Below are positions 1-12,019 of a stretch of 64,000 nt of DNA, one piece after another (the first letter of the stretch is position 1; the number at the start of each line of letters is the position of its first letter). Both the position numbers and the translations under genes were made by a program. This stretch comes from Mobula hypostoma (taxonomy: Eukaryota), in NCBI RefSeq assembly GCF_963921235.1, contig NC_086100.1, forward strand, positions 75,578,001 through 75,642,000. Direction: 5' to 3'. The notes under the pieces are model-generated. The model saw only the letters and a program-made list of their open reading frames with translations. It was not told where the DNA came from and ran no database searches.

Positions 1-1105
1 CTGCCTGCCTGTGATCTATCGCCTCCGCCACAAGTACAGATGCAATATATTCTCTGGTCTTCTCAACACGGCAGGCTTTTACAAAGGGCGGGGGGGGGGG
101 GAGGATGGGTTTGCGGGATTCAATCCAGGGTGAATAAAGAATCAGAAATCTCCCACATAAAAAAACATCTGTTCGCTATATCCATGCAAACAGCTGAGGC
201 CAAATTTAAAAGTGGAAGTCGCCATAAAACCCATCACAAAATGCCCCAGTACTCCTTTTAATTCTAAACAATAACAGAAAAAGAACCTATCTATGCATCG
301 TAATTGACTCCTGAAAAGGAATGAAACAGTTCCACGGACTTTTAACCCTTTGAGAACGCACTTTACACTTTCCACGCACCTTTTTTCTTTCATATAGCAT
401 CTGCAGAAATGACTGACTGTAATAAGTTTCGGTCGCAAGACATTATGAAGCATCACAATGTAAACGCATCGGGAGCCTCGAGGACTTTGGGGGCGAGGCG
501 CCACTCTTGCAGCTTTTGCTGGACTCGGGGTTCTGACAATGTTGCTGATGCCCTCAAGGGGTTAAACATGAATATACCGAACCAGGTGCAACACCAGCAC
601 AAGACGTGCTGGATCTGAGCTTCCACTTGTATGGCACTTAACGTTGTTCACTCCCTAACACATTGCTCTGCAGACCATTCATTGCCTAGGCAAGATTGAA
701 CAAAGAAGCTAAGACCACCCCCCCCCCTCTCAGGACCCCAGTGTACTACAAAGATGCCTGAATTGAAATTTGGCTTTGACAGGCCTTGACGTCGTTAATT
801 GCAGGAGAGACGCCAATTGTGCGTCTGCACATTTACAAGAAAAATAGCAACTGCAGAAAAAGTGTCAGGCATTTCAGTTTTCCACTAACACTCTTTGTGG
901 GAACATTCATTTTACTCCCACAGTCGGCAGACTTTTAAAATTCGAGCCTGGCTAAATTTAACAAGGACCGCTTAATTTATCTTCTCTTTTCGGTTGCGCC
1001 TATAGTTCTTAAACTATTGTATGCAGGGATTATCCGGTGAGTTTTGTGATTTTGCATTTGAAATTAGAAATGCCGTATTCAATCATAGAATTGTTATTGG
1101 CGAGA
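1..1105. promoter_or_regulatory. CpG-enriched, repeat-free segment (probable CpG-island flank)
   Basis: About 30+ CpGs in 1.1 kb by eye, versus strong CpG depletion in the unique DNA downstream; TGACGTC (787-793) next to CCAAT (813-817). Confidence 0.45.
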
Positions 1106-1945
1106 AGGATATGCTAGTTTCTCTCTAGCCATCCTCTGTCCCACTACCTGCCCATTCCATATAGCATTGCAAATCATTCTTTCCAAATACTATCAAATCC
1201 CTCTTTGAAGCTGAAAATTGATTTTGTCTCCCATCACCCCTACAAACAGTGAATTCCAGCTCCTTACTAGTTCAGGAAATGGTCTCCCCCCCCCCCCCCA
1301 ATATATTCCTCGCATGATCAGAAGATTAAGTAAAAGAAGTAGGGGTTGAGCTGGTGCTTGCTCTACCATTCAAAAATATCATGGCCAGTTTTTTACCTCA
1401 GCACCAATCACCATCCCATGATTCCATTATTAGACCCAAAAATGTTAACATTTGTTATGAATATAATCAGTAGTCTATTGACTTCATAATGCTAAATATT
1501 CAATATAATCTGGATTAATCTGTCTTCTCATTGCAGACTTTATCCTTTATTTTCTGCTTCTAGACATTCTAGTCAGAGGCATAATCCTTGCGTCTAATTT
1601 ATCAGCTCTATAATAACAGTATGAAATTATTTCTTATTTTTCTAATTAGAGAGTGTATTGACATTATCTGTATAATTTTTCCTCATGAGTCAACCAAGTG
1701 CAGTCTCGCAAGGGTCCTACATAATTCCTACTCTTGTACTTAAATCCTCCAGAAATAAAGGTACCATAACATTTAATTTCATAATTGCTTTATTTACATG
1801 CAGGTTAACTTTCAATGATTTGTGTACAAGGACACCTAGGTCTTACTGAACACTAACACCATGTATGTCAAACCATTAAAGAAAAACATATTTTTCTCTA
1901 CCAAAGTGGATGACTTCACAATTTTCCACCTTATATTTAATCCTG
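1080..1945 (-). mobile_element. Heavily decayed CR1 LINE 3' fragments
   Basis: CR1 3'-end remnants (aatcatagaa..., gaagtagggg...ccattc) and reverse-strand RT C-terminal motif (tgtacaaggacacctaggtc, DLGVLVH-like). Confidence 0.55.
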
Positions 1946-2013
1946 ATGTTGCAGTGTCAGGCTGATCAGATGATGTTTCTTTCAGTCCCTTTAACACACC
2001 AGGGCCGCAGTTT

Positions 2014-2258
2014 ATTTATTTAAAGTTTCAGCGCAGAGCAGGCCCTGCTGGCCCAACGAGCCACAGTACCCAGCAACCCACCTATTTAACACTAGCCTGA
2101 TCACAGGAAAATTTGCAATGACTAATTAACCTACTGACCAGTAAGGTCTGTGGACTGTGGGAGAGGTACCCAGAAGAAACCCACATGGTCACAGGGTGAA
2201 CATACACACTCCCTACAGACAGTGCCAGAATTGAACTCCAAACTGTGGAGCACCCCTA
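2014..2258 (-). mobile_element. V-SINE (HE1-like)
   Basis: Reverse-strand V-domain (gaagaaacccacatggtcacaggg...ctccctacagac), B-box remnant, (TTTA)n tail. Confidence 0.85.
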
Positions 2259-2259
2259 G

Positions 2260-2470
2260 TTGTAAGGAGTTTGTACCACAAAGAAGAGAAAATCTGCAGA
2301 CGCTGGAAATCCACACAACGCTCACAAAATGCTGGAGGAGCTCAGCAGGTCAGACAGCAACTATGGAAAAGAGTACAGTTGACGTTTTGGGCCGAAACCC
2401 TTCAGCAGGATGTATGTTCAGAGTTTGTATGTTTTTCCCAGGACCATGTGGGTTTGCTCCAGGTGTGGCA
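2260..2470 (+). mobile_element. V-SINE fragment split by a Penelope insert
   Basis: tgtaaggagtttgta | gagtttgtatgtttttcccaggaccatgtgggtttgctcc. Confidence 0.7.
2276..2420 (-). mobile_element. Short Penelope pLTR/3' fragment with degenerate hammerhead
   Basis: ctgcagacgctggaaatcc...ggaggagctcagcaggtcag...gacgttttgggccgaaacccttcagcagg; 9-bp TSD GAGTTTGTA at 2267-2275 and 2421-2429. Confidence 0.85.
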
Positions 2471-2656
2471 TCCAGTTTGCATGCTCCCTTCAACACACCA
2501 GGGTCTTGGTTCTTGCATTCCCTTTAACACACCATAGCTCCAGTTCCTGCACTCCCTTTGACAAACCAGGGTCCAGTTTCATGTGCTTCCTTGCGACTCA
2601 CCTCGTTTTGTTTCCCATACTCGCTTGAGCTTACCGAGTTCAGTTGAAAATTTATA

Positions 2657-3612
2657 CAGGTTGAGTACCCCCTATCCGAAATTCCAAAATCCAAAAAAAC
2701 TCTGAAACCCCAAATTTTTTTGAGTGCTGACATGACATAATAAATGGAAAATTCCACCAGGCCCTGGGAAGATTCCTAAGCAATGTGCAGCTCTCTGCGC
2801 ATCACGGATAGTTCTGAGAAGTGGCCTCTCATAACAAATGAACAAAAGTTCATGAAAAATAGAAAAACACTGCGTGAAGCAAAAAATAAAGATCTTGATC
2901 AAGTATTGAAAGAATGAATTTGTCAGTATTGGACCGAACGTATGCCACTTTATGGTATGCTGCTCAAGAAACAAGCAAAGATCTCTATCACGAGGAAACG
3001 AAAACTGAAGGTAATAATGAATATTTGGCAGGTTACTTACAGAAATTTAAGAAAAGGCACGGAATTAAATATTTAAAGTTTTAAACAATTTTAAAGATTG
3101 AGCATCTGCTGATCATGAAGCAGCAGAGAAATTCATTGATAAGTTTGTGAAGATTATCGCTGATGAAAATCTAACACCAGAACAAGTCTACAGTGCTGAC
3201 TGTTTTTATACGTTACATTGAACCTTAAAAAAAAGTAAAATACAAATATGGTGTACTGTAACCTTTTAATCAAAACATGGCATTGTAGGTGGAGATTGAA
3301 ACTCTGCCATTGTTCGTTGTTCAACAGCTGATTCAGGTATTCTCCCAGATTTGCTGGGTTGCTTTTGTTACCTTGCACACATTATATTTTCATTATGTTA
3401 ATGGAATGTAATAATGGTAAGTAATAATTATTCCTGTTAAGTACATATGCGTGATAAACAAGTGTAAGACAAAGTCTTCTTAATGGTAGCACATAAATTC
3501 ATAGTCGGAAATGATGGTGTTCACAAGCTATCTCATTACATATTCTAAAATCCGAAAATATCAGAAATCCGAAACCTTGCAGCCATAACATATTGGACAA
3601 GGGTTACTATAT
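2657..3612 (+). mobile_element. Internally deleted TcMar-Tigger DNA transposon (Tigger4/Zombi-like)
   Basis: TA then TIR CAGGTTGAGTACCCCCTATCCGAAA; decayed right TIR ttggacaagggttact; CENP-B-type transposase remnant RKTLREAKNKDLDQVLKE*I...MPLYGMLLKKQAKI...ENLTPEQVYSAD. Confidence 0.9.
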
Positions 3613-4924
3613 TCAGAGCTTAATAGATGATTATTTTAAATTTAAGGCAAAAGTAGCTCTGTGTGTTTGTTCAATTTATGATGTATTTAAAATTATTATA
3701 GTTGTGGCAATTGTACAGCTCATATTCACTAGTCCTGGTATACAAGTTACACTCTTTACAAACTGTGGCAACTTCCAATTGAGTGTAAGGTCAAAAATAA
3801 TGGTTTTGTTCAAAAAAAAGTTTTTGCTGACAATTTGCTCGTAAAAATATCTTCTCCATTATATATGTTAGAATGGTTTTCATCCATTGCTTAACAGAGT
3901 CATTTTTAACCAACCTAATTTTTTCCAACTATATTTGAGTATAAGCATTCTTCTTAAGGGGGAAAAAGCACTCACACTCAACAAAAATACTACTGGGCAA
4001 ATGCTGACACCAGAAATTAATTTCATAGGGCTGATAAATTAATTGTACATATCTGGCTCCGAGCTAGGATCGATCCCTTCAAAGTTGAGAAGTGTGAATA
4101 GGCGGGAGAAAGGGAACTAGCATTTAGATGTAGTTGAAATTTAGAAGTTTTTAAAAATTTTGATTAGGTTTGAATATGTAAGTTGGAGTTTTGGAGGGTA
4201 TATTATTTTATTCTGAGCTGTTGCTTGTGAAACAAGTAGAGGTAAGGAGAATTTTTTTATTATTTGGGGAACAAAGGGTAGTTCACTAATAGGTGTGCCT
4301 TCTAGTCTGGTTGACACTGGACAGAAAGAATGCTTCCTTTTGTCAGCCAAGGACAAGGAAAGGGTATTTTTTTGTCAGTCAAGGACAAGGGTACTGATGA
4401 GAAGAGTTTGAACTGCATGCTGCAATGTGCCTAAAGAGGAATAGCCAGCATTTCACTCGTTTACATGGCCTCCTGCAGCCTCCTCTTGACCTCTTGAATC
4501 AAGACACTCTCTTTAAGCTTCACATTCATATCTGTATTTCATCATGGCAAACTTCACCACTGCCATATAATACAATTGCCATCCAACTGTCTGGAAAAGT
4601 AAACTCACAAATCAATCTTGCATAGAATTTGCAAGATGTATATTATTCACTTATATGCAAGCTATGTATACAAATTATAAATTTATTCTTCTCTAACTTT
4701 CAATGTCACAACACTGCTTCTCTGTAAAAATGACAGAAAAACATATAATAATATGTGAAAAGGTCTTCAACTGAGGAAGGGCTTTCTTATTCTATGTAAG
4801 TTGAGCATTCTAAACAGTTACTGTTGATGCACAGGGGCTCAAAGGCATGGATAACTAAAAATATGAACAAGACTTTTCCTTAGAAATCAGGGATCTACTG
4901 TAGCAACTATTTCCTATTATTATC

Positions 4925-5910
4925 ACATAGAGTCAGAGGGTACTATAGAATAGAAAGAAGCCCATCAACCCAGCTAGTCCATGCTGAACTTTTGTTCTGC
5001 ACTGTCTCACCGACCTGCACCCAGGCCATAGCCCTTCCATCCAAACTTTTCTTAAATATTGAATTCAAACCCACATTCACCACTTACACTGGCAGCCCGT
5101 TCCACATTCACCCCAGCCTCTGAATGAAGATGTTCTCCCTCATGTCCGCCTTAAATAATTCACCTTTCACCTTCAACCCATGACCTCTAGTTGTAGTCTC
5201 ACCCAACCTCTGTGGAAAACCCCTGCTTGCATTTACCCTATCTATACCCCTCATAATTTTGTATACCCCTATAAAATCTCCCTTCATTCTGCTATGCTCC
5301 ATGGAATAAAGTCCTATCCATTATCTATAACTCAGTTCCCCAAGTCCCTGCAATATCCTTGTAATCTTCTCTGCACTCTTTCAATCTTATTTGCATCTTT
5401 CCTGTAGCAGGTGACCAGAACAGCACATTATACTCCAGATTAGGCCCCACCAACCTCTTATACAATTTCAACATGGAATCCCAACTCCTGTACTCAATAC
5501 TGTGAATTATGAAGGCCAATATACCAAAAGCTTTCTTTATGACCCTATCTACCTGTGATGCCTCCTTCAAGCAATTACAGATCTGTATTCCCCAGATTCT
5601 TCTGTTCTACTGCACTCTTCAGAACTCTACTGCCCACTGTGCAAGTCCTACCCTGGTTTATCTTTCAAAGAGCAACACTTCACACTTGTCCGCATTAAAT
5701 TCCATCTGCCGTTTTTTCAGCCCATTTTTCTAGCTGGTCCAAATCCCACTGCAAACTTTGATAGTCTTCCTTGCAGTTTAATACACCCCCAGTCATGGTG
5801 TTATCCACAAACCTGCTGATCCTGTTAACCACATTACCATCCAGATCATCGATATAGATGACAAACAACAGCAGAACCAGCACTGGTCCCCACGGTGCAC
5901 CGCTAGTCGC
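4925..5910 (-). mobile_element. 5'-truncated CR1 LINE
   Basis: ORF-track remnants YIDDLDGNVVNRISRFVDNT, LYKRLVGPNLEY, GDFIGVYKIMRG...TRGH. Confidence 0.92.
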
Positions 5911-5914
5911 AGAT

Positions 5915-6200
5915 GCCGAGGCGCAGTGAAGTCCTTTATGCCATATGTACAGATCTTTTAATCACATTAGTGCATTGAGGTTGTATATAAGGGGGAAAAA
6001 CAATGACACAATGCAGAATAAGGTATTACAGTTACAGAAAAAGTGCAGTGCAGACAGATAATACGGTGCAGTCATAACGAGGTAGATTGTGAGATCAACA
6101 GTCCATTTTGTTGTAGTTGGGGACCATTCAATAGACTTATAACAGTGGAATGGAAGCTGTCTTTGAGCCTGCAGGTTTGTGCTTTCAGGCTTTTGGATCC
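5915..6200 (-). mobile_element. Rex1/Babar LINE 3' fragment
   Basis: Reverse-strand KST..RLK.SF-type C-terminus (ggaagctgtctttgagcct...gtgctttcagg) plus characteristic 3' UTR. Confidence 0.7.
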
Positions 6201-6910
6201 ATATTGCGTGCTCACTAACATCCCATCCCACCCCAAAATGAATCATTCATTATGCACACAGACACATCTCTTTTTACTGTAAGTCCCACAATTTCTCCAG
6301 ACGTCAGGATATCAGTATTACACAATATTCTCTGTCAATCAATTCTTAACAAGTAATCATTCAGGAAATCTGAGTGGTTAGTTCACCAGGTGAGAGATGA
6401 TGTGTAAGTGCTCAAGAGCAGGCAATAGCAGCACATGTCCCCCTTCAGCTGTAGAATACTGAATTGTTTTTCTTTCCCATTCAGGGTCTCCACACAACAG
6501 GATGACCTATTTTTGACGCTTTAGGAAGTGTCCAAGCACACTTCAAAGCTGCTGATGACTATATTGGAACATTATGCATTTGCGCAGTATTGTAAGAGCA
6601 TTTTGCAGAACTTTAGCTCATCAAGTGATTGATTTTCTGAAGTAAAGCCCTAGTAACAGAGATAGCTGTCCCAAGAGGAAAATCTCAGTTGCACGTTTCA
6701 ATGAACACAGTCAGTATTTAATATTTGTTTTAGTTTATTGACAATTACTAGGTTTCTCAATATGAGAGATTCTGCAGATGCTGGAAATCCTGAGCAATTT
6801 TATCATCGGATTTTGTTGAGTTTGTTGATGTATCATCAAAAAAAGTTTGAGAAGTAACATGTTAATTAAATAATTTTTTTCTCATTTATTTCTTCATGGC
6901 AGGTGGACGT

Positions 6911-7651
6911 GGACCTCTGGTCAAGATGGCGCCTGTGTATAATGCTCCCATGGTCGACATCTTCTGGATAGACCACAAAAACTATTTATTTCACTTCTCT
7001 TATGTCTTTTATGTCTGTTTTTCATCTTCAGTGTGTTTCTGGAACTGTAGGAGCCTGTGATTTTCAGTTTGGAGACCGTTTGAGTGATCCAGCGGTTTGC
7101 TATCTTTGAGAGGATTCCAGGAGGCAGCAAGCAGGAGCCTCGTGGCGAGATGGATGTAGGGGGAGAGGTGCAACCCAATGTTCAACTCCATTTCGCCAAT
7201 TAAAGTTTCCATTGTTCACTGATTAAAGCGACGAGAGGGATTGAAACATCGAGGCGAACGCGGAAAGTGAGAGCCGGCTGACTGCCTTTTGATCACTGGT
7301 GGGATCACTGTGCTACTGGAGCGGGGAGACTGTGTGGCCTGCTGCTTTGTCTGGAGAATGTTATCGAGGTTTTCTGCATTTTGGATATATATGGATTTGG
7401 ACTATGGACAATGGTTTTTTTCAGTCTTATAGTTTTCTATATTCTGTGTTTTTCACCTGATCTTTCTCTTTTTGTGCAGGAGAGGGGAATTTGGGAGTTG
7501 ATGTTACTGTTCTGGTATTCGTTTTTTTTAGGGGGGGAGTGGGCATTTGGGGTTTGATGATTGTGTTGCCGTTTTTTTTTCTCTTGGTTTTGTGGCTATC
7601 TGGAGAAGAAGATCTTCTGAGTTGTATACTTTGATAATAAATGAACCTTTG
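6911..7651 (+). mobile_element. Non-autonomous retroelement with CAAGATGGCG head and Rex-type tail (copy 1)
   Basis: Colinear with 39668-40243; tail gagttgtatactttgataataaatgaaccttt shared with Rex tails at ~45900 and ~58460; no coding capacity. Confidence 0.75.
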
Positions 7652-8914
7652 TATCACTGGCAGTACCATGCTATCCATTACTATGGCCTTTGGACTGAGG
7701 AGGCAGTTTGCAGTCAATGACTTTGTTGTTTTTTGTCCAGCTTTTTCAGTTTCCCCAGTGTGGCCTTATGGCATTTCCCAGCACCAAATACTTTTTAAAC
7801 AAGCCTGGCAAAATGTTTCTTCCCTTCTTCCCCATAACACCTAATCATCAAAGTGTCTACTTCCATCCCTTCCTCTTTTTCTTCCCTTCTTCTCCTTTAC
7901 TCTCTGTCCAGGAGCCAATAAGTTTAAATACAATTTGCAATGCAATACTAAAATGAACCTTCCAACTTTTTTGGATGAGGCCAACTCTGAAAGGTTAGCT
8001 TCTTGGAGGGACTCAGAACATAGTTGTGACTCAATGCCAGCAACTACCTGTTGTCACCTAATCCTGTGCCATAGAATAGAAGACCCATTCTCATGTACCT
8101 TAGAAGCCCTGTTGCCTCTGTGTCAGTTTTGGAAGTTCTGAGAATTTACTGTTTTACATTGGATACAAGCTGGGGTTAAAATCTAGTCACTGCCCACCAG
8201 TTAGCTTTCACTGAGCTATATTTAATCTAGCACCTGCCACACACTTCTTCCCAGCTTCAGCATATTCCTCTGCTTGAAAGATGTGATGACGTTATTTGCA
8301 AATACTGTGGTGATGTCACATTTTGCAAGTACTGGATATTTCAGGTTCAAATGCTGCAAATAACTAGGTGCTGTGTGACTTGTTTGGTTAGTTGGGATTC
8401 TCCAACTTAACTTGGGCATAAAATGGGCCAATTTCCATGTAAGTGCTTTAGCTGCCCCTTTCAGTGGAAGACCCACAAATAGCACAGAAAAATTAGAATG
8501 AGTCTACAGCACAGAAATAGAATGCTGACATTTGTGCACCACATAAGCCCTCTCACCTTGGCAATCGTAGGAGTTATGCCCTCTTTGTTAAGGTTTTAAT
8601 CGTGTTCTCGTTAGAAATTATCCACCATATTTTGTGTATCTGTTTGGTGCAACTTACCCAGTGCTTTTCTCAAGTCCAGTGACAGGTGAAAGCAGGCAGG
8701 ACAGAAGTAATACCTGGACATGGGATTTTTGCCCTGTTGCTAATAAATATTCTTTAGCATTGTTAATAGCACTAACAGATGGGACTTCTGCATTAACAGG
8801 CACAGAGAACAATGTCAGACTATTATTAGCAAGCGATCTTTTAATCAGGTGTCTCTGCTCATTCAAATTGTGGATAAAATGGATGCAATATCTTCACCTT
8901 CAGTGCAATCTCCT

Positions 8915-9145
8915 ATGGAGTTTACACATTCACTCTGTCACTGCGTGGGTTGCTCTGAGTACTTCCATTTCCTGCCATATGCCAATGATGGGCAGGTTGG
9001 TAAGTTAACTGGTTTTTGTAAATTGCCTGTGATGTGTAGGTAAGTGCAGTACTTATGGTAGAATAAAGTGGGATTAATGAAAATGAATGCTTGATATGGA
9101 TTTGGTGGCCCAAAGGGCCTGATATCGCACTCTGACTCTATGACC
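8915..9145 (+). mobile_element. V-SINE (5'-truncated) with CR1-type tail
   Basis: tggagtttacacattc...ctgcgtgggttgctctgagtacttccatttcc...aaattgcc...ggcccaaagggcctg...tgactctatgac. Confidence 0.75.
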
Positions 9146-9214
9146 AATAAACTGCTATTTCTTTAGTCATAATATGATGGACATTTACCACATCTGGTCT
9201 GAGAGGAACTGTCA

Positions 9215-9750
9215 GCTGTGGCAGCCTTTGTGTCTCTGAGCTGAAGGTTCCAGGTACAAGTCTCACTCCAGAACCTCAAACATAACAATCGAAGCAGACA
9301 CTTGGATGAGTGCGGAGGAGAGCTGCACTGCTGTCTTTCACGTAGATTTTAAATCAAAGCTGTCCAGATTAATGTAAAAGATTCCATGATATCTCCTCAA
9401 AGTAAACCAGACACTTTCTTCCCCATATCTTCACCAAATGTATTCTTCATTTTTTTAAAAACTCTGTCATGAGCCCTGTGGCCCATCAGGCCTGTGCTTA
9501 CGGCGGTTTCCATGGCGTGATGTGACTGAGAATACGAGACTCCCCCCCCAGATAGGACGCCAGTCTATCGCAAGGTTAACCCCCAGCATTTTGCCGGTAC
9601 TCATTCTCAGCTGGGTAGACTGGAGCATTGTGTGGTTAAGTGCCTTGCTCAAGGAGGTTATCTGACTGTTGTCACACTGTTTGTGGAAGTTAACTGGGAG
9701 CTATATTTTTTACATTATAACAGTTAATACAACTTAAAACTATTTCACAA
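9215..9750 (+). mobile_element. Decayed DeuSINE (SacSINE1-like), interrupted
   Basis: Deu-domain remnants gagctgcactg...gtctttc...ttaaatcaaag...atgtaaaagattccatg; 3' part resumes at ~9660. Confidence 0.6.
9467..9655 (-). mobile_element. SINE fragment lacking its head; central domain resembles Meta-type SINEs
   Basis: Reverse strand: ccttgagcaaggcacttaaccacac...acccagctgagaatgagtaccggcaaaatgctgggggttaaccttgcgatagactggcgtcc...ggaaacc...cctgatgggccac. Confidence 0.65.
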
Positions 9751-10719
9751 CAAAGAGCACAAAAGCGATCTTCCTTTTTAACGAAGGATTTTTAACAGTT
9801 ATTTTTAAAGTATCTTTCAGAAGTGCTCTGCTAACTGCTTTGCATAATGTGTGAGGAGTTGAGTCAATATATACCAAAGGTGTAAAAAGGTAAAATTCTA
9901 CTTGTGATGAAATCTATAACTTGAGATACAGATAAAGTGTTATAAATTAACTGGGTGGTTTCTGTCGGAAGTTTACCTATGGATTTCTTGCAAAAAGCTG
10001 ATTATGTTTAAAATTAATTTATTTGAGAATGGAGTGTAGTTTCCAGTTAGTTTCTCATGCTTTCTAATATCACTTCATGCTGCTTAAATTGATGCAATGG
10101 TTTTTCGTCGTAAAAAAGTGCAAAAATAATTTGGCAGTTTCAATATTGTGGAATTAATTGGCTTCTCCATTGTTCCAACATCTTACTAAATATAATTACA
10201 GATGAAATGCAGACGCATTTTGTTAAGAGCAAATATATTTTTAATTTTAATTTTAATTTAAAAATCAAATAATTCTTAGCTGATGAATTAGTGCTCCACC
10301 ACATTGAAACACAAAAACCAACAAAGGTATTAGGACTAGGTATTCAAAATGTGCTGTGGAGTGTCATCAGAAATGTATGTCACCTCGATCTGTAAAGTCA
10401 TATTTCAGCATATCCCTTGTTCTGCCATTATTATCAAGCTAGGGCAACAATCTTGGTCCAATGAGGAGTATAGAAGGGCATGGCGGGAGCAGCACCAGAC
10501 ATATCTCAAAATAAGGTGACGGCCTGCTGAAGTTGTAACCCAAGAGCACATGCATACTAAACAATAAAAACTGCATCTAATAGAGAGAGGGGAGCAATCT
10601 TGTCCAACAGTTATGATTGAAGTTTTTCAGTCCTTACACGTATGAAATGCGTAGAAAGTTTAACAGCTCGTGGGAAAAAGAGGCTCACGGTTTTCCCCAC
10701 GTGTAATAATCTGCGTGTT

Positions 10720-11990
10720 AAAAAGGCTGGAGAGTTTGCAGCTATGTTCAGCCAGAAGAACTCAATAGATAATGTATCCAGTTTTCTTTCTGAGATCTTA
10801 GCACCACAAAGCCTATCTTCGGACAATTTGATTTACCCCATTGTGATGAAACTGCTCAGAGCACTGGAAACATCTACAGGACCAGACAAAATTCTAGCTG
10901 TATTGCTGTAGACCTGCTTTCCAGAACCAGCCAAATCCCTAGTCAAAGTGTTGTAATGCAAAACTGGCATCTGTTGAAAATTGGATAAACCTAATCAATC
11001 TACTCTCAATCTTCATCAAACTGGTGTTGTAAACAGTGTCATCAAGTGGCACTCACTCAACAATAACCTCTCATGAATGCCCAGTCTGCATCAGCTCCTG
11101 ACCTTATCACAACCATGGTCCAAACATGGGTTAAAGAGAAACTACCCTTAGGCAACATTAGTTCTGTGGTGCAGTTGAGCTTTTGGATCTCAAGGATCTT
11201 GATAGTAGGGCCCTCAGTGATAATAACATGATATAATGGTGAGTATAGATAATTAGAGTCCCTCCTGTCAAAGGTGATCAGTACCTGGCACTTCTTTAGG
11301 GCAAGTGTTACTTCAAACTGATCAATCCATGTCTGAATGTTGCTAGGTCTTGTCGTATGCAGGCATGTTCTGTTCATTTGTTACTAAGTTGCAAATAGAG
11401 CAGAATATTGCATCATTGAACATCCCCACATAAGGTGGAAAGGAGGTCTTTGAAAAAGACTGTTGGTCCTGGGAAATTGCCCACTGAACTTCTCCAGTAA
11501 TGACTTGAGGCTGGGATGATTTCCCATCAACAATCCAACAATTTTTCTTTCTGTCTCATTTGATTCCAACCATTAGAGTGTTTTCCTCTTGATGCTCAAT
11601 GACCAGGGCAGTTTCTCTCACCAAAGGAAAGCCCAAACCAGGAACACAAAGATACATAAAGATTAGCTTTATTTGTCACATGTATAGTGAAATATTGAAA
11701 GATACAGTGAAATGTTTTGTTTGGGTCAATGCTCAACACAATCCAAGGATGTGTCGCCATGATGGAATAGTCTCTTCATGTCTCAATGAATGCTGTTCTA
11801 ACAGCCACAAATGTCATCACAGGACCCGAAACATCCATTCCCTCTGTAATCAGTGCATGATGGTAGAATGTACATCGTTACATATGAAAAAAATACATTG
11901 CAGATTATTTGCCTAAGATACTCTGGAAGCACCTCCCAAACTTGTGGTCGCTACAACCAAGGAGAAGGCTGACAGGCGCAGGGTTCCCCT
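10720..11990. mobile_element. Old, rearranged non-LTR LINE (RT-bearing, clade uncertain)
   Basis: + strand KAGEFAAMFSQK...RALETSTGPDKILAVL...SAPDLITTMVQTW; - strand RT C-terminal part ~11270-11600; + strand 3' part ~11790-11990. Confidence 0.65.
11645..11760 (-). mobile_element. SINE/LINE 3' tail fragment
   Basis: aagattagctttatttgtcacatgta...cagtgaaatg = reverse of a tgtgacaaataaagctaatctt tail. Confidence 0.6.
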
Positions 11991-12019
11991 CAGTCATATT
12001 TTGTACCAGTGGCGATGAT

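Larger units (their letters stand above)
1987..2600. repeat. ~34-bp minisatellite interrupted by SINE/Penelope insertions
   Basis: Unit CCCTTTAACACACCAGGGNCCAGTT..GCACT at ~1987, ~2486, ~2520, ~2553 and a partial at ~2588. Confidence 0.75.

Noticed and set aside
88-101. Poly-G/poly-C runs (also ~720, 1290, 15765, 35040, 36005) as G-quadruplex elements
   Set aside because: Simple homopolymers, common and error-prone in assemblies, with no evidence of function
2484-2600. CRISPR-like repeat array
   Set aside because: Contiguous degenerate tandem units without unique spacers, in eukaryotic DNA with no cas genes
4338-4390. 21-bp direct repeat ttttgtcag(c/t)caaggacaagg, possible LTR fragment
   Set aside because: No TG..CA ends or TSD found; probably a local duplication
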